Origin: Ignavibacteriota bacterium
GTDB lineage: Bacteria > Bacteroidota > Ignavibacteria > UBA10030
Direction of reading: 5' to 3'
Assembly: GCA_963727825.1 (NCBI GenBank)
Contig: CAVSHO010000011.1
Location: 352,001-416,000, forward strand
Length of the DNA stretch: 64,000 nucleotides
In this document: piece after piece, positions 51,474 to 62,368 of the stretch
Layout of the letters: every line of letters starts with the position of its first letter
Numbering within the stretch: the stretch's first letter is position 1
Notes under the pieces: model-generated
The model's input: only the letters and a program-made list of their open reading frames with translations
Told to the model about the DNA's origin: nothing
Databases searched by the model: none
Translations under genes and position numbers: made by a program

Positions 51474-52217
51474 ATGACAACCTTCGAACAACTCTTAAAA
51501 ATCAAGCGTGATCGAGGCGCAGGATATTTGCTGCTCATTGATCCGGATAAAATTGAGTCAAAGAAGCTGCCCGCTTTCATCCGCGAAGCAGCCAAAGCAG
51601 GAACAGATGCTTTTCTTGTCGGCGGCAGTTTAATGCTCTCAAATGAATTCGACAAGACTCTGAAAACCATCAAAGAGAATACGAAAGCACCGGTTATTAT
51701 TTTCCCCGGCGGCGTGTCGCAGGTTTCAACTGAGGCTGATGCGATTCTGTTCCTCTTGCTCATCAGCGGACGCAACCCGGATTATCTTATCGGCAATCAA
51801 GTAAATGCCGCTCCGATTATTAAACGGATGAATCTTGAAGCCATCTCGACCGGATATATGTTGATTGAAGGCGGAAATGTTACTTCGGCAGAATTTATGA
51901 GCAATACGAAACCGATTCCGCGTGAGAAGCCGGACATCGCCGTTGCACACGCACTTGCGGCAGAACTTATCGGCTTGAAATTGCTCTATTTAGAAGCAGG
52001 CAGCGGCGCTAAACAATCTGTGCCGGATGCAATGGTAAAGAAAGTAACGAAGTATTGTTCATTGCCGGTCATTGTCGGCGGTGGAATAAGAACACCGGAA
52101 GAAGCAAAAAATAAAGTAAAAGCCGGCGCTTCATTCATAGTAACGGGAACAATCATCGAAGAGAATTCACACAGTTCAATCATTCAAGAGTTTGCAAGTG
52201 CAATCCACACATCATAA
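51474..52217 (+). CDS. Geranylgeranylglyceryl/heptaprenylglyceryl phosphate synthase (GGGPS/PcrB family)
   Basis: LLIDPDK, FLVGGS, IIFPG, SGRNPDYLIG, YLEAGSGA, VGGGIR. Confidence 0.9.
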   Translation: MTTFEQLLKIKRDRGAGYLLLIDPDKIESKKLPAFIREAAKAGTDAFLVGGSLMLSNEFDKTLKTIKENTKAPVIIFPGGVSQVSTEADAILFLLLISGRNPDYLIGNQVNAAPIIKRMNLEAISTGYMLIEGGNVTSAEFMSNTKPIPREKPDIAVAHALAAELIGLKLLYLEAGSGAKQSVPDAMVKKVTKYCSLPVIVGGGIRTPEEAKNKVKAGASFIVTGTIIEENSHSSIIQEFASAIHTS

Positions 52218-52227
52218 GCAAAAAAAC

Positions 52228-52857
52228 ATGATCGGGCTTCCAATGAAAACATCCGCAAATAAAAAAATTTCACGCGATAAATTCATCAGCGATTCGCTTA
52301 AAGAAAGCAGCGAGACAAAGCTCCGCATTCTAAAGCAATGTTCGCCGGATATTTCAAAAGCAGTGGATATTATTATTAGCGCATTCAACAATAAGAAGAA
52401 AATTCTACTTTGCGGTAATGGCGGCAGCGCGGCAGATGCACAGCATCTTGCAACAGAATTTGTGATTCGCCTCAGCCCTCACATCAAACGTCCGGGCCTG
52501 CCGGCAATCGCGCTCACCACCAATTCATCTATGCTGACTGCCGGCGCCAACGATCTCGGTTATGATAACGTTTTCACCCGGTCTATTGAAGCGCTGGGCA
52601 ATAAAGGTGACGTGCTTATCGGAATTTCCACAAGCGGCAATTCTCCTAGTGTGAACAATGCATTCCAAAAAGCTCACGAGATGAAATTAGTAACAATTGG
52701 CTTTCTCGGAAAAAGCGGCGGCAAATCGAAGAACCTCGTTGATCTTGCCATCATCGTTCCTTCAGACGATACGCAGCGTATTCAAGAAGGGCATATCACG
52801 ATCGGACATATTATTTTCCAAGAAGTCGAACAGGAAATGTTTGGTGAAGTTGGATAA
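52228..52857 (+). CDS. gmhA: D-sedoheptulose 7-phosphate isomerase
   Basis: CGNGGSAADAQH, GANDLGY, ISTSGNS, TQRIQEGHI; start may be 52228 or 52243. Confidence 0.92.
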   Translation: MIGLPMKTSANKKISRDKFISDSLKESSETKLRILKQCSPDISKAVDIIISAFNNKKKILLCGNGGSAADAQHLATEFVIRLSPHIKRPGLPAIALTTNSSMLTAGANDLGYDNVFTRSIEALGNKGDVLIGISTSGNSPSVNNAFQKAHEMKLVTIGFLGKSGGKSKNLVDLAIIVPSDDTQRIQEGHITIGHIIFQEVEQEMFGEVG

Positions 52858-52901
52858 AATTTTCTGATAAATGATTAGAATCCATCTCAAAAATAGAACC
52901 C

Positions 52902-52967
52902 GTCACATTGAGCCTGTCGAAATGTAATTATCTGGTATATATCAGGCTTCGACTGGCTCAGCCTGAC
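52902..52967. repeat. Inverted REP-like doublet (GTCANNNTGAGCCNGTCGAA family), no cargo
   Basis: GTCACATTGAGCCTGTCGAA faces TTCGACTGGCTCAGCCTGAC across a short AT-rich spacer. Confidence 0.75.
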
Positions 52968-53002
52968 AGAAATAAATAAGTTCTACTAATAACAGACAAC
53001 TA

Positions 53003-54418
53003 ATGTCACATAAGCGACGACAAGATCTATTAATTCCACTTCTCACCGTCATCTCAGATGCAGTTGCTATAGAAGCGTCGTTTCTTTTCTCGTACTGGCT
53101 CAGATTCTTTTCTATACTCACGCGATACATTCCAATATCGTACGGCCTTCCACCATTAGAAGCATATATTGAAAGTTCCCTTGTTGTTATTCCGGTATGG
53201 TGCTGGTTATTTCATACACGTAATTTGTATCTTCCACGGCGAATTACATCCTTCTCTGACGAATTTTTTGCAATTGTCCGTGTCGTTATACTCGGCATGT
53301 TAGTTGTAATGGCAGGCGCTTTTTTCTACCGCACATTTTCTTATTCGCGCATCGTATTCTGGATCCTCGGTATTTCTGCAGTGACGTTCATCTCAATCGG
53401 ACGATTTATTATTTTGAAGTTTGAACAACTTTGGTATGCGCATGGCAAAGACCTGAGACGAGTGATAATTGTGGGAACAAACCCTGTCGTAAGTAAAATC
53501 TTTCGATCCCTTACCACACGGCAATCACTTGGATACGAAGCTCTCGGCTATTGTTCTGCGGAGGGCAACATGGAAAACACATTGCAAGATATTCCGTACT
53601 TGGGATCAATCGCTTCTGTACCAGATTTAATCAAAACACATAACGTAGATGTTATATTGATTGCATTTAGCGAAACAGAGCATTCACTTCTACACGATCT
53701 CGTACGCGACTGCCAAGGATTAAATGTAGAAATGATGATGGTTCCGGACATCCTTGAGTTAATGACCAGTCAAGTTCAAATCAAGCATATTGAAGGAATT
53801 CCATTCCTCGGCATTAAAAGTCCTACTCTCAGCACATGGAATCTTATCGTCAAGCGAACATTCGACCTACTTTTCGCCTCACTTATCCTCTTGCTCGCAA
53901 GTCCAATTATTCTCTTGATTGCAATTCTCATCAAGCTTGACTCTAAGGAGCCGATCTTTTATTTACAGGAACGTGTAGGTTTGGATGGCGAAGTATTTAA
54001 AGTCATTAAGTTCAGATCGATGCGCACTGATGCAGAGCAAGCGACCGGACCGGTCTGGTCGCGAAAAGATGATCCGAGAACAACGCGGTTGGGTCGATTT
54101 CTTCGCCGCTTCAGTTTAGATGAACTTCCTCAGTTGATTAATGTTCTCAAAGGCGACATGAGCGTTGTTGGTCCACGTCCGGAGCGTCCGTACTTTGTCG
54201 AGAAATTCAAAAATCAGGTGCCGCGATACCTGGAACGGCATCGCGCAAAAACCGGTATGACAGGTTGGGCACAAGTCAACGGACTGCGAGGTAATGTTTC
54301 CATTGCTGAACGAACAAAGTACGACATTTATTACATCGAACATTGGTCGCTCGTATTTGATCTGAAAATTATTCTCAAGACTATTCACGCCGTATTTTTT
54401 GGCAATGATGCATACTAA
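53003..54418 (+). CDS. Undecaprenyl-phosphate glucose phosphotransferase (WcaJ/WbaP family)
   Basis: N-terminal TMs, KRTFD, KFRSM, DPRTT..FLRR.SLDELPQL.NVLKGDMSVVGPRPE, GMTGWAQVNG. Confidence 0.9.
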   Translation: MSHKRRQDLLIPLLTVISDAVAIEASFLFSYWLRFFSILTRYIPISYGLPPLEAYIESSLVVIPVWCWLFHTRNLYLPRRITSFSDEFFAIVRVVILGMLVVMAGAFFYRTFSYSRIVFWILGISAVTFISIGRFIILKFEQLWYAHGKDLRRVIIVGTNPVVSKIFRSLTTRQSLGYEALGYCSAEGNMENTLQDIPYLGSIASVPDLIKTHNVDVILIAFSETEHSLLHDLVRDCQGLNVEMMMVPDILELMTSQVQIKHIEGIPFLGIKSPTLSTWNLIVKRTFDLLFASLILLLASPIILLIAILIKLDSKEPIFYLQERVGLDGEVFKVIKFRSMRTDAEQATGPVWSRKDDPRTTRLGRFLRRFSLDELPQLINVLKGDMSVVGPRPERPYFVEKFKNQVPRYLERHRAKTGMTGWAQVNGLRGNVSIAERTKYDIYYIEHWSLVFDLKIILKTIHAVFFGNDAY

Positions 54419-54537
54419 ATAAATTATCAATGCAAAAGGAATATAATTAACAAGTACAAATACGTTTTAACGTGTTTTCTTTTTCATTTTTACTTTTATT
54501 TTTTTTACTTGTGACTTCTAACTTTTGACATAATTCT

Positions 54538-54909
54538 ATGGTTGCTGCATATATTTTCTTTTTACATATTGTACTTGTAGTTTTTGTTTTTATTAAATAT
54601 AGAAAAGAAAGCATTGGTGAAGGGTTTCTTGCAGTAGCATTCGTCGGTATTATTTTTGCTGTCGGCTGGACAATTGGCTCAATACTAACAGACCTCCTCT
54701 TCGCTCCTGAATGGTTTATTAAATGGTATTGGCAACCGCTGGATTCTTGGGTGTGGCAGCGTATCAGAAAAGAAATCAGCCGTGATACGATTTCTCTTTT
54801 AATTCTTACAACCCTTGAAATTATATTTTACTACTTCTACATTCTGACGGAACCGAAGAAGGATAACGAAAAGAAAAAAGAGACAGATCCTCCAACTACT
54901 TCAACTTAA
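54538..54909 (+). CDS. Hypothetical membrane protein (about 3 TM)
   Basis: Hydrophobic segments, co-oriented with wcaJ-like gene. Confidence 0.65.
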   Translation: MVAAYIFFLHIVLVVFVFIKYRKESIGEGFLAVAFVGIIFAVGWTIGSILTDLLFAPEWFIKWYWQPLDSWVWQRIRKEISRDTISLLILTTLEIIFYYFYILTEPKKDNEKKKETDPPTTST

Positions 54910-55855
54910 AAGAAAATGTGATGATACAGGATTGTTCAATTTGCGGCAGAGACGATCCAAGCGGTTCAAACTTCCAGAAACGAATTGCTTTCATCGCGGC
55001 TTCTTCTAAAAGATGATTCGCCTTTTGTTCCGGTTGAACAGAACGTACAGTTCCATCAGGTAAAACAATCGTAAGAATTCGAACTTGCGCTGAAACATTC
55101 GCCCCTTGTGGATATTTCGGTAATTCTCCGCTAAGCTTATGGCGCGTCATTCCATGAAGCCATTTCATAGAAAATGCTCCGGTTCCTTCTCCATCACCGT
55201 TTTCGCCTGATCCTAAACCATAAGCCGTTGTTCCAGCAGATGGTTTAGAAGAACTTCCGATTCCTGAACGATCAACTCCACTTGGCGGCTCACCGCTTTT
55301 TCCTGGCACAGGGCGTCCGCCTTTTCGCCACGGCTCACGCGATTCTCCGCTGCCCCCTGCAATATCATTATGATCAGCCGGAGCGCTCATATTGCCCATA
55401 TCGTTCGGATAAGTCGACCTGTCATCCGCTTGAATTTTATCTACTCCAATCTGTCCAGGCAAAGAGCTTAAACCTTCGCCAAGCCGCCGTTCTCCCGGAA
55501 TACCTTGTTTTCTAGAATTTGATTTACTCCGAAAAGCTGTTGCCGGGAATGATTCATTAGGCAAAACGGCTTCCGAAGAGATGGATTGATCTTGAAGAAC
55601 AGGATATGCCGACATGCCAATTTCTACATTGCTAAATGAACGTGGAAGTTCAATTTCTGAATACTTGAAAATACGGACAACATGCTGCGGTGGGGGATTG
55701 AAAGTTTCTGGATCTACTATTAGCCGAAGAGAACTAAGAATAGTAAATGTAAATACGACGGCAAGAATAAATGCAAGCGACATTTGTTTTACATAAGCTC
55801 GCTGCAATTCTTTTGCACCGTACGGGACTCTTCCCAAATGCGGCGATACATTCAC
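54896..55855 (-). CDS. TonB-family energy transducer
   Basis: YGAKEL motif before TM, Pro/Gly/Ser linker, TonB-C (LPKYP, PDGTV, AMKAIRFWKFEP, ITFSFKL); true start may be further upstream. Confidence 0.75.
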   Translation of the reverse strand: MNVSPHLGRVPYGAKELQRAYVKQMSLAFILAVVFTFTILSSLRLIVDPETFNPPPQHVVRIFKYSEIELPRSFSNVEIGMSAYPVLQDQSISSEAVLPNESFPATAFRSKSNSRKQGIPGERRLGEGLSSLPGQIGVDKIQADDRSTYPNDMGNMSAPADHNDIAGGSGESREPWRKGGRPVPGKSGEPPSGVDRSGIGSSSKPSAGTTAYGLGSGENGDGEGTGAFSMKWLHGMTRHKLSGELPKYPQGANVSAQVRILTIVLPDGTVRSVQPEQKANHLLEEAAMKAIRFWKFEPLGSSLPQIEQSCIITFSFKLK

Positions 55856-55985
55856 ATCTGCTCCTTTACGCCGCGCTTCACACTCATAACCGGCATTACC
55901 TGATTTGCCTCATACTCTCGTTCATTCATCCAGATAACCGTTCCTCGGTAATGTAAAATTGGACGAGAGGAATCTCCAAAAACAT

Positions 55986-56717
55986 TTACTTCGATCGAAC
56001 CTTGTCGATAACGTAATGCGCCTGCAATTGCTCTGCGAACGACTGCACCGCTTTTTTCGCTTCATCACGAGATGCATAGTGTCCGATGCGAACAGTGTAC
56101 CAATCGCCGCCCTTCATCGGAATCTTTTGAACGAACGAAGGATATCCGGAAAACTCTAAATTCTTTGCTGTCTCTTCTGCCCTACTCTTTTCGCGATAAG
56201 CGATAACCTGAACTGTAAATTCACCTTTCATCTCGCTGAGTTTAGAAGTGGATTCGGTCTCTACTACTGCTTCGTTCTTTTTTATTGATTTTGTTTTTTT
56301 CTCAGTCGGTTCTTTTGCCTTTGCCTCTGGCGTCTTTACAGCTTCGGGTTCCTTTACACTTTCAGATTGCTTCCCAGCTTCTGCTTTTTCTTCTACGGAA
56401 GTTGTATCTAGCAATGCAACTTCGTTCGTATCTGCTTGTTTTTGTGCCTGTGCAGATTGAGCTGGGGCTTCCGGTGGGAATTGTTCTTCTTGAACTTGCG
56501 CAATCTGATGATGCTTCTTGCCCCAAAGCTTAATAATCCCACGCTGGTTCAAATAATACACAGCTGCTCCCGCTATACATAAAACAAGCACTAAGATTAC
56601 AATTGTTTTTCCACCTCCGCCACCGCTGCTTTTTACAATCTTTTTTGTTGGTGGGGCAACCGGCGCCTCTGGTACTTCTTCAAGCTCGCCTTCATCAATG
56701 AGATTCAAATCTGGCAT
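55986..56717 (-). CDS. SPOR-domain membrane protein
   Basis: TM, Lys/Glu linker, FTVQVIAY..WYTVRIGHYASRDEA. Confidence 0.85.
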   Translation of the reverse strand: MPDLNLIDEGELEEVPEAPVAPPTKKIVKSSGGGGGKTIVILVLVLCIAGAAVYYLNQRGIIKLWGKKHHQIAQVQEEQFPPEAPAQSAQAQKQADTNEVALLDTTSVEEKAEAGKQSESVKEPEAVKTPEAKAKEPTEKKTKSIKKNEAVVETESTSKLSEMKGEFTVQVIAYREKSRAEETAKNLEFSGYPSFVQKIPMKGGDWYTVRIGHYASRDEAKKAVQSFAEQLQAHYVIDKVRSK

Positions 56718-56771
56718 TGAATAATCCTCCTTGTATGTTTAGTATGTGCTATATTCACGAACATTTATTCT

Positions 56772-58484
56772 TCACCATTTTATTTGTGCATCTACTTGCA
56801 GTGTCAATGGAAATTCTTTGTATCCACGCCATATTTCATACTGTGAATCTGTTAAATTTTTGACACCAACTGCAAGTCTTAAAAAATCAAACGGCGTATA
56901 TTCACCGCTCACATCAATGACAGCATAATTTGAGATTGAAAGCGAATCTGTACCGGCAACATCAGTTGTTCGCTTTCCAACAAACCTTACATCTGCACTT
57001 ACTGCCATCGACGGTCCAAATCTATGAATTGCTGTACACCATGCTTCGATCGTCGGTGCGTAAGGAATTTTCGCGCCAAAAAAAGAATCGTTTGTAGAAC
57101 GAAGCAAAATATTAGAAGCAAAATAATCATTTGAGTTCAACTTTGCAACCATTTCCGCACAGAATGTTACGATTCTTGCCTGTCCTCCGTACGCAAGCAT
57201 CCAGACACCTTGGCGGGAAGAATCGGAAAACATCGGTAAATCGCTGGTAGATTTCACATTTAGTGATACACGGCTCCTTATTGCCTCTGTCCAATTGGAT
57301 TCTATGCCAAGCTCGCCTGCATCTCTAACATATTCATGTTTAACTATTGAAGCGGTAGATAGAAACCGATTCGCGATACTGTTTGATGCCAAAGTCATAG
57401 GAATAAATATTGGTTCATAAGATAAATATACACGATGCTGAGACGTAACTTGATAGCTTGCCATTAACTGCGGACACAGACGTACTAAATTCTGCCCTGC
57501 CATTCCTTTTGCCCAATATAAATGTAACGATCCTTCAAAAAGGATACCGCTATACCAATAGTTTTGCACACCAGCTGACAGATCCATAAACCTCAATCCG
57601 CCTGTGGCTGACATAAAATGGAGCTTTGTTTGAACAGGAAGAGATGCAATCGGGAATGAGGTCTGGTAATTCAAATCGAATCGAGTTTCTGTTGTCGATG
57701 CGGATGAATCCGATATAGAAAAACTTTCTAAAGAAATTCCGGCTGAATAAGGAAGATAATTTAATGTCTGATTCTCTAACTCGGTCTGCAAATGGGAATC
57801 CGAAAGCGTGCGTTGAAGATCCGGTGTCGCAGATCCATAAAAACGAAATGATTCACTTCGATAACCTAAACTGCCATCTAACGCTGCATTCCGAAGTAGC
57901 GGCGTACTGGATGTAAGCGTTGTTCCTCCCAATGCCATTAAACCACCGCTGGATTGATCTGTATTCGATGCGTAACCCTTAGTAAGAAAATAATTACCAG
58001 CTAGAGAATAAAAATATTCGGGGAATGATTGCCCAAATTGAAGTTCCGCTTGCGGCGTGAAGTACGTGCCAATACCAGCTTTTGCAAATCCCGAATACTT
58101 ATTTGTTTGTGTCTGCGAATCTCCTTCCCTGTTCTTCATCTCAAGTTCCAGCGTTTCACGATCTCGCAAAATATTTTCAGAAGATTTCAACATTTGCTGC
58201 GATACAATGGCAGAATCATCAATTATAACTTTTTCTAATTTCGGCAAATCGATTGATGCAACACCGGTAATGACAAATTCGGGCAAATCAATTTTGGGAA
58301 GAAGCCGCTGTGCAGTATTTATCGGCACCTTGTTCGTATCCTGTTGCGGCGCACTGATTCCCATCTGTTGCATAACCGGATTTTTCTTCGCGGGATCTAT
58401 CGGTTCTTCTTGTGCAACTAAAGCCGAAGTCTGCACGATAAGCAGAAGAATCGCCAAATCCCGTAAACGAGACACTACGCGCAC
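56772..58484 (-). CDS. TonB-dependent-receptor-like outer-membrane beta-barrel
   Basis: Signal peptide, LPEFVITG, KNLTDSQYEIWRGY, terminal aromatic W; follows a large TPR gene as in Bacteroidota. Confidence 0.7.
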   Translation of the reverse strand: MRVVSRLRDLAILLLIVQTSALVAQEEPIDPAKKNPVMQQMGISAPQQDTNKVPINTAQRLLPKIDLPEFVITGVASIDLPKLEKVIIDDSAIVSQQMLKSSENILRDRETLELEMKNREGDSQTQTNKYSGFAKAGIGTYFTPQAELQFGQSFPEYFYSLAGNYFLTKGYASNTDQSSGGLMALGGTTLTSSTPLLRNAALDGSLGYRSESFRFYGSATPDLQRTLSDSHLQTELENQTLNYLPYSAGISLESFSISDSSASTTETRFDLNYQTSFPIASLPVQTKLHFMSATGGLRFMDLSAGVQNYWYSGILFEGSLHLYWAKGMAGQNLVRLCPQLMASYQVTSQHRVYLSYEPIFIPMTLASNSIANRFLSTASIVKHEYVRDAGELGIESNWTEAIRSRVSLNVKSTSDLPMFSDSSRQGVWMLAYGGQARIVTFCAEMVAKLNSNDYFASNILLRSTNDSFFGAKIPYAPTIEAWCTAIHRFGPSMAVSADVRFVGKRTTDVAGTDSLSISNYAVIDVSGEYTPFDFLRLAVGVKNLTDSQYEIWRGYKEFPLTLQVDAQIKW

Positions 58485-61400
58485 TACTGCTGCTCCATTC
58501 TTTTAAACGACGTTGAGCTTCTTCGATTACCGAGGTGTCCGTCTTTAGTTTCAGAACCGCCAGATAAGATTCGCGCGCATGGCGCACGTCCTTTGTTTGT
58601 TCGTAGGCATCACCCAAACCAAGATATGCCCTTCCGACCCACCGCTCGTACGACGGAAATACATATTTCACTCGAAGCAGAGCAGTGATCACATTGGCCC
58701 AATCTTTCTTCCCCGCAAGCGATGCACCTACAATGTATTGCGCTTCTGCGCCTATTTCATCTTTTCGCGACGTTGCAACCTTTTCGGCAGTAACGTTTGC
58801 CCGATCGTATTCCTTCAATTCAAAATACATCCGGGCTTGCGCTATCCGCGCTTCGTCTGCAATAGGCAAGTCGCCATAATCTTTCGATACCTGTTCGAAT
58901 TGTATGTTCGCTTCTGCATTTTTTCCAAGCGATCGTAATACATCGCCTGTACGCAATTTTGCTTCGGCAATAATCTCTGGATCTTTTACTTTCTGTTGAA
59001 GATTCTGCAAAGTGAGAATTGCTTTATCAGAATTTTGTTGAAGGTTGTAAATCTCCGCCGCTTCCAATAAAGATTCGCCAATTACTTTTTCTGTTGCATT
59101 TGGCACATTAGCGGCTCGCTCAAATGCTAATGCTGCTTCATCGGGACTCCCTTGCACACGGTAACACATCGCTAAAGCATACCGTGCGTTTGCAAGAAGT
59201 TTTGAGTTTGGATACTTATCAGCAAACCCTCGGTAGACAGCCACAGCATCTGAATATTTTTTCTGATTGAAAAGGAGATCGCCCTTCTTTAGCAGAAGTT
59301 CTTCGCCAACCGGTGAAGTCGGGTTTTCTTTTACAAACTCATCTAAAACTTCGACTGCTTCGTTTTCTTTCCCTAATGCTATTAAGCAATACTGAATTCC
59401 GGTGACGGCATCTGCAACATAGGAGCTTTTAGGAAACTGTCTTAGTACTTCACGGTAAGATTTTTCTGACGCTTCATACTGCTGAATATTGTAGTAACTA
59501 TCGCCAAGACTGTAATACGCTCGCGCTGCAAGTTTACTATTAGGATAAGTTTTTATCAGCTTATTGAATTCCTTAATAGCTTCGCCGTATTCTTTCCGCT
59601 GAAAGTTGATCCATCCTAACGCAAACTGCGCTTCAACGGCAAGCGCCGATTGTGGTAATGCTTTTACTAATCCATCAAGAGCTTTGAATGCCTCGGTGTT
59701 GTCGCCGTCCTTTAGATAACACTGGCCCATCTGATAATATGCATAATCGATGGAAGCGCTGTCTGGATACATCCGGATGATTGTGTGAAAAATGCCGGCA
59801 GCTTTTTTATAGTCTTTCTGAAAGAAATTAGCATCGCCAAGACGCAAGCGTGCGTCAAATGCAAATTTGCCTCTCGGATATTCCACCAACAGCTTTTCAA
59901 ATGATTCGATTGCCTCTGGAAATTTTCCCTGCTTGTAAAATGCCCAGGCAATTCCATATAAAGCTTCTTCTTTCTTCACCAATCCCGAACTCTTCGCGGA
60001 TTCCTGATAGAGCTGTGTCGATGTATTATAGTTTCCAAGCCTGTACTCTGCTTCCGCTTGATAGAATTTTGCCTCATCTGCTTTCGGATGTTTTGGATAT
60101 TGCGAAATAAACTCTGCAAACTTTGCCGAAGCGTCTTTAAAATCTTTCAGCTTAAATGCACAAAACGCTGATTGGAAACTTGCTTCAACTTTTACTTCGA
60201 ATGATGCCTCCGGAATCTCCAGAACTTTCTTGAACCATATCTGCGCTTCTTTGAAGTTTCCTTCGATCAATAAACAATCGCCTAACATTTTATATGCGTC
60301 CGGCAGAATATCGCTTTTCGGAAATTCGGTGGCTACATGATGAAAGTACGGCTTCGCACCGCTTGCATTCGTTTCATCAAAGAAAATACTGCCGGCATCG
60401 AACAGCGCATTGTCCGACCACTCGCCCTGCGGTTCGCGTTTGACAACCTCGTCAAATGTTTTTAGCGCTTTCACATTTTGCCCGGCAAGACGCTCCGCAG
60501 TTCCGCGCCGATATAAAGCTGCATATCCGAGTTCATCAGATCGATTTGCCAGCGTATCAAAGACCTGAATCGCCCTTGAATAATTCTTCTGATTGAACAA
60601 ACTCCATGCAAGATTATATGTTACTTCGGGCGCAAGTGTGTTTTTCGGATAATCGAGTAGAAATTTCTCATATTGTTTTTGCGCTTCTGCGAAATTACCA
60701 AGTTTGTAAAATGCCTCGGCAATTAAATAATCGGCGTTTGCCAATTCTTCTTCATCACGAATCTCTGTGCGGGATTTTGTAAGCGCATCGATAGCCCGCT
60801 GATAGTCTTTCGCATAATAGAAACATTCGCCAATGCGAACGCGCGCACCCGGTGTTAAACTGCTTTGCGGGAATTCAGCTATTAGTTTGCCGTACTGCTC
60901 GGCGGCTTTTGCATATTCGGCTCGCTTTTGAAGTGTCCACGCAACGGAATATAAGGCGTAGTCGCGCAGGCGATTCCTTGGAAAATTCTCGTACGCAAGC
61001 GTGTAATATTTAAGCGCGTTTTGGGTATCGTCATTTCGCAAAGACGCTTCACCGATCCAATATGCTGCTTCGCCGGCAGATTCACTTTCGCCGTAATTGT
61101 CCAATACTTTTTTAAATGCGGAAATTGCTTCGCCGTTCTTTTTTAGATTGATAAATGACTGGCCAAGTTTTAGATAAGCTTCCGGCACATATTTGGAGCT
61201 TGGATTATTTTGGACGAATTCATTGTACTTCGTGGCGGCGTTTTGATATTGCGCCGTCTGAAATAAACACTCCGCGCCGAAGAATTCTGCATCCTGTCGT
61301 TTGATGCTCTTTGGATATTTTTGAACGAAAGTTTCAAATTGTTGACCGGCAAGCTGGAAGAGACTGTCGCTGTAAAGTCCGAAAGCAAATGCAAAGTCCT

Positions 61401-61587
61401 GCTCTTCCACTATAGAAGGAGGCGATACAGGTGAAATTTCTTGTGCAGATACTGATAAAAGGAATCCGGATGCTGTTAATAAGAAAAAGAATAGAAATGT
61501 AAGACAGTTCAGATTACTGCCACGCTTTATTTTGTGGTCAGAATAATTATAGAGAGTTATCAATGCGGATTTAAAGTATTGTTTCAA
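58484..61587 (-). CDS. Large periplasmic TPR protein; true stop probably TAG at 58484-58486 (one A missing near 58503)
   Basis: Many TPR units with YP.S motifs. Adding one A gives RLKRMEQQ*, overlapping the next GTG start. Start position uncertain. Confidence 0.85.
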
Positions 61588-61819
61588 GTGTTACCGCTAA
61601 TGGTATAATGTAACAGAAAGCCGATTGGAAAGCAAGAACAACCCGACGGGAACTGTTTACGCCTGTACCAACCGGAATTCCGGGGTTATTAAATGAAGTG
61701 CTAATTGGGATGTTAGAAGCGGTTCAGCGACGGTTGAGAGCGTTGATTTGTGTCTCTAACTTACTTATGAGTTCCAACGTTTTTAATCGGAGTTGCACAA
61801 TACTTAGAAATGTCAGATA

Positions 61820-62091
61820 GCCAATAACCCGGATCACTTTGCCAGGGTTTGAGTTTCATCGCAAGTATTATTCGTTCTACTGCCAGGGCTTTACTTTTCT
61901 CTTCCAGGATAAGACTTTCCACGGCAAAGATTTTTCTTTTAACCGCCAGATCTTTACTTTTCTTTCCCAGGGTTGGACTTTCCGCGGCAAGAGCTGTTCT
62001 TTTCTCTGCCAGAGTTCGCCTTTTTTCCAATAGGATTAGACTTGCCGTGGCCATTGCCATTCTTCTCACTGACAGAGATTCACTTTTCTCC
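61820..62091. repeat. Degenerate 21-nt tandem array (about 13 units) with 63-nt higher-order period; minus frame gives heptad ORF 61761-62156
   Basis: GCCAGGGCTTTACTTTTCTCT / TCCAGGATAAGACTTTCCACG / GCAAAGATTTTTCTTTTAACC, then GCCAGATCTTTACTTTTCTTT / CCCAGGGTTGGACTTTCCGCG / GCAAGAGCTGTTCTTTTCTCT. Confidence 0.75.
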
Positions 62092-62126
62092 ACCTGAGCC
62101 TTTTTTTCCGGGAGTTGTTCAAGAGG

Positions 62127-62288
62127 TTGTATTATAGGTGCAGAAATAGAACGCACAGGCGATGCTTTCTATTAGAAAAAACAATTAATGGGGTTTTGAT
62201 TAGAACAAAGATGAAAAATCAGTACGAAAAGCGCAATCACGCAAACGCGTGTTTTTTAAAATATGTAAAGATTACAAGTGAAAGGCTG
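62127..62288. repeat. Copy A of ~160-bp imperfect direct repeat
   Basis: AATAGAACGCACAGGCGATGCTTTCTATT..GCAATCACGCAAACGCGTGTTTTTTAAAATATGTAAAGATTA aligns with 62953-63112. Confidence 0.85.
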
Positions 62289-62368
62289 TGGAAATGGATT
62301 ACAGAAGGAGGCGTTTGTTTTTGAGAATTTGGGAACGAGATGATTGAATATTTTGATGAAAATATATT

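Noticed and set aside
58288-58483. C-terminal extension of the TPR protein overlapping the OMP gene
   Set aside because: Explained by one missing A near 58503; the corrected frame stops at a TAG overlapping the next start codon
61712-61760. Integron attC site (GTTAGA..TCTAAC hairpin)
   Set aside because: Box order is reversed relative to attC (RYYYAAC..GTTRRRY), there is a single copy, and no integrase is nearby
62145-62260. c-di-GMP-I riboswitch (CACGCAAA and GCACAGG similarities)
   Set aside because: Lacks the GGCAAAC..GAAA..GGACGCAAAGC P2/P3 architecture and the matches lie antisense to the neighbouring ORFs
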